From contig CAXXWX010000016.1 of the NCBI GenBank assembly GCA_963675745.2, positions 1 through 64,000 of the forward strand: DNA of 64,000 nt, in the 5' to 3' direction. Both the position numbers and the translations under genes were made by a program. Shown piece by piece: positions 36,382 through 46,831 of this stretch. This DNA is from Phycisphaerae bacterium. GTDB lineage: Bacteria; Planctomycetota; Phycisphaerae; UBA1845; Fen-1342. The stretch's first letter is position 1; every line of letters starts with the position of its first letter. The notes under the pieces were generated by a model, which was given only the letters and a program-made list of their open reading frames with translations, did not search any database and was not told the DNA's origin.

Positions 36382-37584
36382 ATGCCACACGCCACCCCCA
36401 CAGCGCAAACGACCGGCCGCTTCGGTCCATTTGGCGGTCAGTATGTGCCCGAAGTTCTGATGCACGCCATCCAGGAGTTGGCGGCTGAGTACGAGCAAGC
36501 CAAGGCCGACCAGGCGTTCTGGGATGAGCTGGGTGCCTATCTGACCCACTATGCCGGCCGACCCAGCCCGCTCTATTTCGCCCGGCGCCTGACCGCCCAT
36601 CTCGGCGGCGCCAGGATTTACCTCAAACGCGAGGATCTCAACCACACCGGCGCGCACAAGATCAACAACGTCCTCGGCCAGGGCCTGCTCACCAAACGCA
36701 TGGGCAAGCCGCGCATCATCGCCGAGACCGGCGCCGGCCAACACGGTGTGGCGACGGCCACCGCCGCCGCGGTGCTGGGCCTCGAGTGTGTCGTGTACAT
36801 GGGGGCCGAGGATGTCAGGCGTCAGGCCCTGAATGTGTATCGCATGCGGCTGCTGGGGGCCGAGTGTATCCCGGTGGAAAGCGGCCAGCGCACGCTCAAG
36901 GACGCCATCAACGAGGCCATGCGCGACTGGATGGCCAGCGTTGAGACGACGCACTACGTTATCGGCAGCGTCATGGGGCCGCACCCGTTTCCCACCATCG
37001 TACGCGACTTTCAGTCCGTCATCGGCCGCGAGACCAAAGAGCAGTTGCACGCCGTCGAGGGGCGGCTCCCCGACGTGATTCTCGCCTGCGTGGGCGGCGG
37101 TAGCAACGCCGCCGGCATCTTCTATCCATTCATCGACGACAAGGACGTCCGCCTGGTTGGCGTCGAGGCGGCGGGTGAGGGGATCACCACGCCGCGCCAT
37201 GCCGCCACCCTCGCCAAAGGCGCTCCAGGCGTGCTGCACGGCATGCACACGGTTGTGCTACAGGATGCTGACGGCCAGACGCTGCCGGTACACTCCGTAT
37301 CGGCCGGCCTCGATTACCCCGGCGTAGGCCCGGAGCATGCGCAGTGGCACGCGACGGGGCGCGCTGAGTATGTTTCCGCCACCGATGCGGAGGCGCTCGA
37401 TGCGTTCGCACTGCTGTCGCGCCTGGAGGGAATCATCCCCGCCCTGGAAACGGCCCACGCGGTAGCCCACGCGATCAAGCTGGCCCCGCAGATGGCTGAC
37501 GATCAGATCATGGTCATCAACATCAGCGGACGCGGCGACAAAGACTGTGTCGAGGTGGCCCGGCTCACGGGACAGGAAGTATAG
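36382..37584 (+). CDS. trpB: Tryptophan synthase beta chain
   Basis: [53 protein letters not shown]. Confidence 0.97.
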   Translation: MPHATPTAQTTGRFGPFGGQYVPEVLMHAIQELAAEYEQAKADQAFWDELGAYLTHYAGRPSPLYFARRLTAHLGGARIYLKREDLNHTGAHKINNVLGQGLLTKRMGKPRIIAETGAGQHGVATATAAAVLGLECVVYMGAEDVRRQALNVYRMRLLGAECIPVESGQRTLKDAINEAMRDWMASVETTHYVIGSVMGPHPFPTIVRDFQSVIGRETKEQLHAVEGRLPDVILACVGGGSNAAGIFYPFIDDKDVRLVGVEAAGEGITTPRHAATLAKGAPGVLHGMHTVVLQDADGQTLPVHSVSAGLDYPGVGPEHAQWHATGRAEYVSATDAEALDAFALLSRLEGIIPALETAHAVAHAIKLAPQMADDQIMVINISGRGDKDCVEVARLTGQEV

Positions 37585-37698
37585 GGCAACACTGCCGGCG
37601 GTCAGCCACAGTGCGTTCGAACCGCTGTTGCGCGTCGACGGCCTGCGGGGCGCAGGCCGCTACTTGGTTTCTCTGCCCTGATGTTTTGTTCCCCCGCG

Positions 37699-38268
37699 TC
37701 AGGAGACGGTTCCGCCGGGGCCTATGCGGGCGATGATCCCGTCATCCAGATCGTTGTCACGCGCGCGGTCCGCCGGGATGTATGGAATCAACCCCTGGCG
37801 GAATGCATCTTCCTGCACGTCGCGCGGCGCGTCACGTATGTCCAGCAGGAAGCCGTCCACCTCGATGAACCACACCAGCGGGTTATCATCGAGCAGCGAG
37901 TCCACACACCACGCCGGTGCGAGCGGCATGATGTTGAGCTGCTTGCGAATCAGGCGTGACTTGTTTTCCATCGTGGTCTGCGCCACGCCGAACGCTTCGG
38001 CCACCTCCGGCCAGGTCATACACGGTTCGAAGCTCGTATCGGTCAGGAAATTGACGCTCCCCAGCGCGTGGATAATGCCACTCGCCCAGCTTTCCCGCCG
38101 GCCGCGCTGCACCGATAAATCGCACTCACAGATGCACGCGGCCAGTTCACGTGCGAGCGTTTTGTACTCATCGTCCAGGAACTTCCCGCAGAACTCGTCA
38201 GTCAAGCTGACAAGCTCGTCGCGGATGGGTCGCAGGGTGCGGGGCGGACTGTCGGCGTGCTCATCCAT
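37699..38268 (-). CDS. DUF6398-like hypothetical protein
   Basis: LTDEFCGKFLDDEY...RGRRESWASGIIHALGSVNFL...DIRDAPRDVQEDAFRQGLIPYIP; AGGAGG SD. Confidence 0.7.
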   Translation of the reverse strand: MDEHADSPPRTLRPIRDELVSLTDEFCGKFLDDEYKTLARELAACICECDLSVQRGRRESWASGIIHALGSVNFLTDTSFEPCMTWPEVAEAFGVAQTTMENKSRLIRKQLNIMPLAPAWCVDSLLDDNPLVWFIEVDGFLLDIRDAPRDVQEDAFRQGLIPYIPADRARDNDLDDGIIARIGPGGTVS

Positions 38269-38607
38269 GATGGCCTCCTTGCTATACCCCAGCTTAACCG
38301 AGTGGCCGCCGAAGCGCGCGCGTTTTTCCCGGATTCGGCGTCAGTTTAGGTCGGGGGGACGCCAACACGGCGGCACCACGTGGCCGGTATCCAGCCTGGT
38401 TTCCGCGGATCGGTCAGCGTGCCGCGCCGGGCGCCCCACGGGCCGTAGCATTGCCGACAACGTCCATCCCCATAGTACCGCCCCACGGGGAGGATCACGA
38501 CACAAATTCCCGCGCCAGACCGGCGGACGGTGTTTCCATTCTCCGCCTGCAACCGCTACGATTCAGGGGCATACAAGCTCGCAAGGACAGGGGGTAGTGG
38601 AGTCCGC

Positions 38608-39747
38608 ATGCGCGATCAGATTGAATACCTCGAACCACGGCGTCCAGACGGTGGCGGCAACGTGCTGGACCTCTCAGCCGAGCCGGGCGCGGAGGCCTCG
38701 TCGCAGGCACTCGCCGGCGTGGCGGGCGCGTTGTACGAGCTGCTTCGGCAAGCGGCCGATAAAAAAGCCTCTGACGTACACATAGTCCCCGGTTACCCGC
38801 CCACGTTTCGTGTTGACGGCAAGCTCGAAAACGCCAGCGCCAGCCCGCTGCGCGCACACGAGATCCGGCAGATGTTGGACGCCCTCGCGACCGATCGAAC
38901 CGGTCAACCCCTGGGCCAACGCAAGGACCTTGATTGTGCGGTGGCCGTCCCGCACAGCGGCGTCACCGTGAGGTTCAGGTTGAATGCCTATCGCTCCCAG
39001 GGCCAGTGGTGCGCGTGTTTCCGGCACATCGCCGGCCAGGTGCCCTCGCTGGAGACCATCGGGTTTCCGATCCCGGTTGTCGAACGAATCCTCACCTATC
39101 GCAACGGCCTGGTGATCTTCACCGGCACCACCGGGGCGGGTAAGTCCACCAGCATGGCGGCGATCATCCAGGTTTTGGCCGACCGCGCGCGCCATCACGT
39201 GCTCACAATTGAGGAGCCGTTGGAGTTCATCTTCCGCTCGCGCAAGGGGAGCCTCTTCTCGCAGCGCGAGGTCGGGCGCGATGTGGACACGTTCGCCGAC
39301 GGCCTCAAGTATGGTCTGCGGCAGGATCCCGATATCATTCTGGTGGGCGAAACGCGCGATCGCGTGACGGCCCAGATGGTGCTCAGTGCCGCCGAGACCG
39401 GCCACCTGGTTTTCACCACATTGCACACCCGCGACGCCAAAGGGGCGCTGACGCGCTTCGTCGACCTGTTCCCCGCCGAATCGCAGGAAGACGTGCGCAA
39501 GCAGCTAGCTATGAGCCTCAGGTCAGTAATCAGTCAGCAGTTGCTGGCGGCCATCGGCGGCGGGCGCACTCTCGTTACCGAAGTGCTGCACGTGACCCAG
39601 GCAGCCGAGGTCTCGATCCGCTCCGGGCGCATCGAGACGCTGGACAATGTCATCCAAACCGGAAAACGCGACGGCATGTGGACTTTTGACGATGACATCG
39701 CTCGTTTGATGAAAGCCGGCAAACTCCGCCTGCCGGGCCGCGCCTAG
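38608..39747 (+). CDS. pilT: PilT/PilU family type IV pilus ATPase
   Basis: ASDVH, GTTGAGKST, TIEEPLE, QREVG, LRQDPDIILVGE, AETGHLVFTTLH. Confidence 0.88.
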   Translation: MRDQIEYLEPRRPDGGGNVLDLSAEPGAEASSQALAGVAGALYELLRQAADKKASDVHIVPGYPPTFRVDGKLENASASPLRAHEIRQMLDALATDRTGQPLGQRKDLDCAVAVPHSGVTVRFRLNAYRSQGQWCACFRHIAGQVPSLETIGFPIPVVERILTYRNGLVIFTGTTGAGKSTSMAAIIQVLADRARHHVLTIEEPLEFIFRSRKGSLFSQREVGRDVDTFADGLKYGLRQDPDIILVGETRDRVTAQMVLSAAETGHLVFTTLHTRDAKGALTRFVDLFPAESQEDVRKQLAMSLRSVISQQLLAAIGGGRTLVTEVLHVTQAAEVSIRSGRIETLDNVIQTGKRDGMWTFDDDIARLMKAGKLRLPGRA

Positions 39748-39797
39748 CCGGGCGGCGCGCGCTCCAAGGCCCACGTACTAAGGGCACCGGGGAAAGC

Positions 39798-40181
39798 ATG
39801 ACGCCGCGGCGTAAGCGCCTGATACTGTGGTTGGGACTGGCCGTCACCGCGGTCGCGCTGGTTGTGCTCAACCGGCAATCAACGGGCACCAGCCGGCTCG
39901 AAGCTGAATTGCGTTGGCTGCTCCGGAATACGCCCACGCCAAATCAGTGGAACTCGGCGTCAACGCTGATCTCGCTGGCAAGCTTGCGGGATCCAGATGC
40001 GACGGCCGACACGCTGACCACGCTTCTGCACGACGAAGACGCCGTGCTCGCAACGCGTACCCGTCAATTGCTCAATGGCTGGCCCCCTTTGCACGACCCG
40101 CCCTTCGCCGCATTACTCGAGGAAGTCAGCGCCGCGGCCGCCAGCAGCCAACCGACATCCGACAGCGCTCCCGGCGAGTGA
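39798..40181 (+). CDS. Hypothetical membrane-anchored protein with a HEAT-like helix pair
   Basis: N-terminal TM helix, helical body, 127 aa. Confidence 0.5.
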   Translation: MTPRRKRLILWLGLAVTAVALVVLNRQSTGTSRLEAELRWLLRNTPTPNQWNSASTLISLASLRDPDATADTLTTLLHDEDAVLATRTRQLLNGWPPLHDPPFAALLEEVSAAAASSQPTSDSAPGE

Positions 40182-40229
40182 CTTCTGCCGGCCGCTCCGT
40201 CGCTCCATACGCCGCCGTGGTCTGCCGGC

Positions 40230-40448
40230 TTACTGGTCAGGGTCGGTCAGTGCTCGGACAATCGCGTCCACGATGCGCTCCAGCGCACGGCGGGCCGAGT
40301 AGCGATTGGCCGCCAGTGCGGCGCGGACGGCGTTGATGCGATCGCGTCGGAGGGTGTGCGACGAGCATCCGCTCGATCGTTGCGGCGAGCGCACGCGGCG
40401 TTTGGAACGCAGAAGTGGGCGCCGTCGCATCAGCCGAATCTGTCGCAT
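40230..40448 (-). CDS. Small basic protein with an FlgM (anti-sigma28)-like C-terminus
   Basis: RRDRINAVRAALAANRY...LERIVDAI resembles the FlgM C-terminal pattern; start uncertain. Confidence 0.4.
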   Translation of the reverse strand: MRQIRLMRRRPLLRSKRRVRSPQRSSGCSSHTLRRDRINAVRAALAANRYSARRALERIVDAIVRALTDPDQ

Positions 40449-40537
40449 GCGGTTGCTCCGCGGCTCGCGCGAAACTCGGCAGACGCCGTCGTGCTGCGCG
40501 TGTCTGCCGGCCGCGCGTGGCAGCGCACGCTGGGAAA

Positions 40538-40903
40538 TCAGTCGTCGACCGCGGTGTCCACACCCTGCGTGTGCAATTCGTGCTCTCCGATGGGAGCCAC
40601 CTTGCGGTACCCCAGATAGAGCGCGATATCCAACACCTCCGTCCAGGTCGGGAACGGGCAGCGGTTGGCGGTCTTGTATTCTTCCATCGCGAGAATGAAG
40701 GCCAACTGCTCGTCATTCATGTGGCCTTCTTCAGCTTCGCGCCGATAGTCGGTGCGACGCCGGCCGGGGCCGCGGCGCCGATCAAGGGCGGACCGCCTGT
40801 CGCCGGTGGCGGGGCATCCGTCTGGCTGTGGGCTGCAATCTTCGCCCTGCCGCTCCGTGGCATCCACCACGCCGCTGTCGGTGTGAGAATCGCGTATGCT
40901 CAT
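40538..40903 (-). CDS. Conserved planctomycete-type hypothetical protein
   Basis: DRRSALDRRRGPGRRR...EEGHMNDEQLAFILAMEEYK.AN..PFPTWTEVL...LGYRK. Confidence 0.65.
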   Translation of the reverse strand: MSIRDSHTDSGVVDATERQGEDCSPQPDGCPATGDRRSALDRRRGPGRRRTDYRREAEEGHMNDEQLAFILAMEEYKTANRCPFPTWTEVLDIALYLGYRKVAPIGEHELHTQGVDTAVDD

Positions 40904-41049
40904 GTATGAGGCTATCGACGTATTCGCGGGGCGGGATAAACGCCGGGATGCGCGGAAACTGCGCGAAGGACCGTAGCCAACCGCTGTAGGTCAACGCCGG
41001 GCCACCGGTACCGCGGATGTCAAGTGGATTTGTCGCGACGATCGCGCTA

Positions 41050-41379
41050 TCAGTCGTCGTCGTCGTCGAAGTCAGACTCGTCGTCGTCGTCAAAATCGTC
41101 GTCGAGGTCGTCGTCGAGATCGTCGTCGTCGAAATCATCGTCGAAATCGAGATCGTCGTCGTCGTCCTCGTCCTCATCCTCATCATCGTCCCCACGAGCG
41201 CGGCCATCAGCGCGCACGTCGATCGCGCCGGCGAATCCCCACTCGTCAGGGTCAAACGAGGGCCGAGCAACCGGATCACCCGGCTCTCGCCACATGTTTT
41301 TGTCACAGTACTCGTCGGTGGATATCGCTGGCATTAGCTGCATACCGTCCGGGAATCGCTCATCGAGCTCGGGGAACAT
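41050..41379 (-). CDS. Small protein with a long poly-Asp C-terminal tail
   Basis: Strong AGGAGG SD before ATG 41379; the last ~46 residues are almost all D/E with periodic L/F. Confidence 0.65.
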   Translation of the reverse strand: MFPELDERFPDGMQLMPAISTDEYCDKNMWREPGDPVARPSFDPDEWGFAGAIDVRADGRARGDDDEDEDEDDDDDLDFDDDFDDDDLDDDLDDDFDDDDESDFDDDDD

Positions 41380-41612
41380 CGTTGCGCTCCTCCTAAACCC
41401 ATGTGTCATGTTTGCCGCGCGGCAGGTTAGCGGGACACGGCATTTCGTCAAGGGTCTATCGGCACCAAATTTCCACCGCATGCGGCCGCCGCACCCGCGT
41501 GGGCTCCTCTGTCGCCGTGGACGCCCGCAGCCGCTACCATGTTTTGGGCGCGGCCGAGTTCTATCGGCGTGTTCAATGGCTCGTTCTTACGGCACGATCC
41601 GAGGTTTTTAGC

Positions 41613-42050
41613 GTGGCGAACCCGGCCCCCTGGTACTCCGACGGCCTGCGATTTTCGTGTACACGCTGCGGCAATTGCTGTAGCGGACCGCCGGGCTATG
41701 TGTGGGTGAGCGCTCGCGAGATCGCCGAGATCGCCGAGGCGCTCGGCTTATCGGCCGAGGCATTCCGGCGACAACACACGCGCAGCGCCGGCAGTCGCCG
41801 CAGTCTGCTGGAGTACCGCAACGGGGATTGTGAGTTCCTCGAACGCCAGGCGGATGGCAAAACCGCGTGCCGCATCCACACGACGCGCCCGGCGCAATGC
41901 CGTACGTGGCCATTCTGGAAGTCAAATCTGGAGGGGCCGGCGTCGTGGGAGGCGGTTGGTCGGACCTGCCCGGGACTCAATCAGGGCCGGCTGCATCCGT
42001 TGCCGGTGATTCAGGCTGAATTGCGGAAGTGCGCCGGGCGCCCGCTTTGA
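41613..42050 (+). CDS. YkgJ family cysteine cluster protein
   Basis: GLRFSCTRCGNCC, CEFL, CRIH..RPAQCRTWPFW, CPG. Confidence 0.9.
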   Translation: MANPAPWYSDGLRFSCTRCGNCCSGPPGYVWVSAREIAEIAEALGLSAEAFRRQHTRSAGSRRSLLEYRNGDCEFLERQADGKTACRIHTTRPAQCRTWPFWKSNLEGPASWEAVGRTCPGLNQGRLHPLPVIQAELRKCAGRPL

Positions 42051-42891
42051 ACATCAGCAATCCGCAGCCGATAACCGCCGCGCCCCAAGCCATCCAGGCC
42101 ATCACCGGGTGCTCCCCAAGTCCACGGGCGGTCGGTGCGGCGGCGTGAAAAAACGCGATGGCGGCCAGCAGCAACGCGCTGCCGATCACGCGGCGCGTGT
42201 TCGATTGCCAGGGGTGTATCGCCACCGCACACAACGCCAGCCAGATGATCAGCAGACGTACCAGCGGGAACACACCGATGCCGAACGTCAGCCCGCGGCC
42301 GATGTTGGCCAGCGTTGCCAGGTTGACGCGCAGCTTCGTCCGCGGGGGTGTGACTCCGTCGGGGGATGGTGCCGAGAGCGTCGCTTCACCATCGCCGGGC
42401 CCCATCGTGTCGCCGTCAGGCGTGCGTACCCACACGTGCTTGAGATCGCAGACGAGCCATGCGTCATACCCCATGCGTTGCAACAATGACGCCGCCACCA
42501 CCGCGCGTCCGTCGCAGTCCTCACGCCCCTTCGCAAAGACCTCGGCGACCGTCGGCAAATAGTCGAAGACTCCCCAGGTATCCCAATCCCACGCATACGG
42601 GACGTGCTTGCAGACCACCTCCTGGACAACCGAGAGCACGGCCTTGTCTTTGTCCACCTGCTGCCCGGCTGTCTGCTGATCGAGGGCCGCCCGGGCTTCG
42701 CGCTCCAACGGTGCGAGCCCCTCATGGCGCGGGTCCAACACACTGCCCATGTCAGTCAGCCGGCCAACCCAGACCGGTACCAGCCAGACCTTCGGATACA
42801 GCACCAGGGCGACCACCAGCAGAAACAGGGCGACCTTGGTCGGCCAGCGCACGATGGCGGAAACGCGATGAAAGGCAAGCCAGCGGTTCAT
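41977..42891 (-). CDS. Membrane protein with a transglutaminase-like cysteine motif
   Basis: YAWDW, GREDCDGRA...HVWV pattern flanked by TM helices. Confidence 0.6.
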   Translation of the reverse strand: MNRWLAFHRVSAIVRWPTKVALFLLVVALVLYPKVWLVPVWVGRLTDMGSVLDPRHEGLAPLEREARAALDQQTAGQQVDKDKAVLSVVQEVVCKHVPYAWDWDTWGVFDYLPTVAEVFAKGREDCDGRAVVAASLLQRMGYDAWLVCDLKHVWVRTPDGDTMGPGDGEATLSAPSPDGVTPPRTKLRVNLATLANIGRGLTFGIGVFPLVRLLIIWLALCAVAIHPWQSNTRRVIGSALLLAAIAFFHAAAPTARGLGEHPVMAWMAWGAAVIGCGLLMFKAGARRTSAIQPESPATDAAGPD

Positions 42892-43074
42892 ACAGGCCAC
42901 TCTCACGATTGACACTGTCAGGATTGTAACCGGCCGACGCCCTCATCGGTCGCCCGTTTGCGGAATCCGTCGTTGCCCCCCAATGTCCGGCGACAATCTT
43001 ACGCGTTACACTCACTTGTGAAGTGAAGGTCTCCACGAAGTCGAACGGCGAAATCGACAACAAGGGGTAGCGAA

Positions 43075-44051
43075 ATGTGGCAGGCACGGTTAAGCGCGGC
43101 GATTGTCGTGCTTGCAGCGCTGACAGCTTCTGGATGCAGGACGAACATGACGAACACGCCTGATGCTCACAAAGCCGAACTTGCCGGACATCGACGCGGC
43201 TTGGGACTACGCAGAACCCGCCGAGAGCGAAGCGCGCTTTCGCGAAGATGTTGCCGGCGGCGGAAAAGGCGGACAACACGTCATATCACGCCGAGCTGCT
43301 GACACAGGTGGCGCGTGCCCAAGGCCTGCAACGGAAATTCGACGAGGCACACGCGACACTGGACCGTGTCGACGCACTGATTAACGATGCGACTATGCCG
43401 GTGGCACGCGTGCGTTACCTGCTGGAGCGCGGACGGGTGTTCAATTCGGCCGGCGACCCCGGGGCCGCCAAGCCGCTATTCGAGTCGGCTCTGGAGCTGG
43501 CGCGCCGCTGCGGCGCTGAGTACCACGCCGTCGATGCCGCCCACATGTTGGGCATCGTCGAAAAGGGGACAGCGTCGCTGTTGTGGAACCGCAAGGCGAT
43601 CGCCATGGCCGAGGCTGCCGAGGAGCCCCACGCCCACAACTGGCTCGGTTCGCTGTACAACAACACCGGCTGGACGTACCACGACATGGGCGACTATGAC
43701 AACGCGCTCGACCTGTTCAAGAAGTCGTTGGCCTGGCGCCAGCAACAGCAGGACGCCGAGGGGACCCGGATCGCCAAGTGGTGTATTGCGCGCACCTATC
43801 GCTCACTCGGAGAGCTTGAGCCGGCCCTCGACATGCAGATGGCCCTGCTGCGCGAGCACGACGCCGCGGGCACCAATGACGGCTACGTTCATGAAGAGCT
43901 CGGCGAATGCCTGTACGCCCTGGACCGCAAGGACGAGTCACGCGCGCACTTCGCCAAGGCCCATGAGCTGCTTTCCCAGGATCCCTGGCTCGCGGCCAAC
44001 GAGCCCGAGCGCTTGCAGCGGTTGGAGCGCCTGGCGCGCGGGCGGGATTAG
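43075..44051 (+). pseudogene. TPR (lipo)protein interrupted by one or two +1 frameshifts (possibly assembly error)
   Basis: Lipobox LTASGC in frame 1 (43075), LPDIDAAWDYAEPAESEARFRE in frame 2 (43163), MLPAAE...ELLTQVARAQGL TPR body in frame 3 (43248). Confidence 0.6.
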
Positions 44052-44175
44052 CACAAACTTGAAAACAGCGCGGTGTGCGACTGCTCTTGAGCAGTGCCGC
44101 TTTGCGCGAACCTGAAGGCTCATATACGTGGCAAGGGATGGGCCTTCATGAGGCCGATTCCGCAACGCCGCGGGG

Positions 44176-46570
44176 CTACTCCGCGCCCGGCGGTGATTCG
44201 TTCGGCGGCTCGGTCGGCCCGCTGTGCTCGTCTGCGACTTCGCGGATGATCTCATCTTCGCTGAGCTTGCGGCTGAAGAGCCGGCGAAAGGTCTCGACGC
44301 GATTCATGAAAAAGAATGTCGGCTCATTGACCATCTCTTGCCCGACCGAGGCCAAGACGTCCTTGACCATTGGTATGAAGTGGTCGGTAACGACCCAGCC
44401 ACAGCCCGGCAGCACGCGCAGGCGATAGCGTAGCGCATAGCAGCCATCCCGGTCGGCGATGCGGCGCGTGACCAGCGGCGTCTCGCGCAGTGGCTCAATT
44501 CGCCGATTGAGCGCGCGACACGCCGCGTCGATCGCCACGCGCGCACGGTCGGCCTCGTCGCGCGATTTAAGCATGATGTCCACGAAATTATCGACGTAGC
44601 CTTCCGGAAAACGCCGCGACGGCACGCAACGACTGTTGGGGATGTTGAGGATTTGTCCGGAGAGTGTGCGAATCCGCGTGTGCTTGACATTGAAGTCGAC
44701 CACGTGCCCGTAAGCGCCATCGACCTCGATGAAGTCGCCGACGTCGTAGTGACGTCCGGTGATAATGTCGAAACCCTTGACAAAGTCGACCACGATCTCG
44801 CGGAACATGCCCGTCATGATCAGCCCGATCAGGCCCAGCGCCCCGGTGCTCTTCGCCGGGTCAACGCCGAACTGGTTCAATACCAGCAGCACGCCGAACA
44901 CCCAGATGAAGAGTCTGGCGATGCTGCCAAAGAACTTCAGCAAGGTGCCGGCGCGCTTGGCGGATATGTGTGCGCCGGGCACGCACTCGAGCGCATTCAG
45001 CGGCCAGCGCGCGATCCAGATCAGGAGCTTGATGACGTACGTAAGCGCGAAAGTGAGCACCAGGATGCCGAACGAACGCAGGATCGCGACGTTGTTGGCC
45101 CAACGCGACTGATCGGGTGGATTGACCGTCAGGGCACACTGCCTATGCACGTCGGCCAGTTCACGGCGTAGCGTCGCCTGGCGCTCCAGGCCATAGATGA
45201 TGTTCTCGCTGGACAGAATCAGCAAATCGGTCAGTTCGCGCTCCTCACCGAACAGCGCTCGCATGCGCTCGACATGGTTGCGTAAAAGGTTGCGCTGGGC
45301 CGCATCCTCCGCCTGGTCGACGCGCTGGCCCAGTGACTTTTCTTCGGCGTCGAGGCGTGACAGACCGAGCTTGAGCGACTCGAGCTCCTTGGACTCGGCG
45401 GCGGCCTGTTCGGACAGCTTGGCGCCGGTCGCCTCCTCCTCGGTCGCGCGCCGATCGTATTCGGCAGCCAGCGCCGGGTCGGGCTGCGCCAGAATGTCCC
45501 ACAGCTCGGGCTGCAATTGTCCGAGCGTGGTGCGCGCATCGCTCAGGCGCTCGCGCAGGTTGGCAAATCTCCGCCTTGTGCTGCTTGATCGTGTTGCGCA
45601 GCCCAACCTTGCGCAGGTTGCTTGACTCGTATTCGAGCATGCGTTCCCAGTAGGCCAGGTCGGTTTCGAGCCGCAGGGCCGCGAGCGCATCCAGACCTGG
45701 TTGTTCGCGTCGCTGCTTCAGCTCGGCGACGCGGAATTGCGCTATCTCGTACCCGCTCCGGGCCTCGGCTTCGAGCTTTTCGACGACGCGCTGCACGTTA
45801 TCAACATCGAGCTGGTCCGGCGTCGGGGCCGTACTCGGGGATGTGGCGGGAACGGCAGCCGCCGGCGCCACCGTCGCCAGCTTGGCGGTGATCAGGGCCT
45901 GTTCCGCGCGACGCGCGGCACGCTTGCGGCCAATGGCTTCGAGCTCGGCTCGTTTCGCATCGCGCTCGGCTTCCAGGCGCGGTCGGTTGGAATCGTCGGC
46001 GGCCGCAAGCCGTGCTTCAACATCGGCGAGTTGCGTTTCCTGCACTGACTGGGGCGCGTCCAGCGCCGACAGCGCGCCGTTGAGTTGCTCCAATTGTGCG
46101 CGCAGCACGGGAATCTCTGACTCCGACAGGCTGACGTGTTCCCCGGCCGGTGGCGTCCGAAATCGGTCCAGCGCCCTTTGATAATCCTCGGCACGGACAC
46201 AATCGTTAAGTGCGGCCTCCCACGCCGTCTGGGCCGACTCGAGGAATTTCAACTCATCCTGCGCGGCGGCGCGCTGCTGGAGAAGCTGGTCCTTGCGCTG
46301 CATCTGTTCGGGGCTGGCCGCCTGGGCAAGCCGCGCGTCGAGCGTGTCAACCGCTTCGGTCAGCGAGGCAAGCGTCTTGCGCAAGACGGGCGCCCGCTCG
46401 GCGAGACGGTCCCTGGCCACGGTCTGCGCATCACGGATGCCGCCACAGGGATCACCGTCAGCCGGTTGTGTCGCCGCGGGCGGCGTGTCGTCGGCCGCGC
46501 CGGTGCCGGCCAGCACGATCAGGCACAGCACCGCGCCGCGGGTTGCCATGGAGCGCATAGTCAACTGCAT
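44176..46570 (-). pseudogene. mscS: Large MscS-family mechanosensitive channel with coiled-coil periplasmic domain, frameshifted near 45566
   Basis: N-half (signal peptide plus coiled coil, ...KQHKAEI) joins the C-half (ANLRERL...YDVGDFIEVDG.YG.V...TRIRTLSG...IPN) if one A of the AAA run at 45565-45567 is removed. Confidence 0.75.
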
Positions 46571-46831
46571 CACGAATCCTCAGGTTGCGTCCGCGCGCCC
46601 GGACGTCGCTGTGTCGCTGAATCATACGTCCAGCACGCCGGCGCGTCATGGTTGAAGCCCGTCGCCGGCTCTTTGTCTCTGCCCTGCCGGCCGGGAAGTC
46701 ACCACTTCGCCGCCCGGGCGGGGCAAAGTCGCGGCTGAGTTCTCGCGGATTCTCGCAGTATTCGGCCGCTCATCACCTATACTGACGTCTGAGGCCGCAC
46801 AGCTCTGGATACGCCGGATTGGAGAACTCAA

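Noticed and set aside
36382..37584. trpB without adjacent trpA as a novelty
   Set aside because: Scattered trp genes are common in this kind of genome; trpA may lie elsewhere.
41017..41611. Plus-strand poly-Val and poly-Ser ORFs
   Set aside because: Antisense readings of the poly-Asp gene, which has the strong SD.
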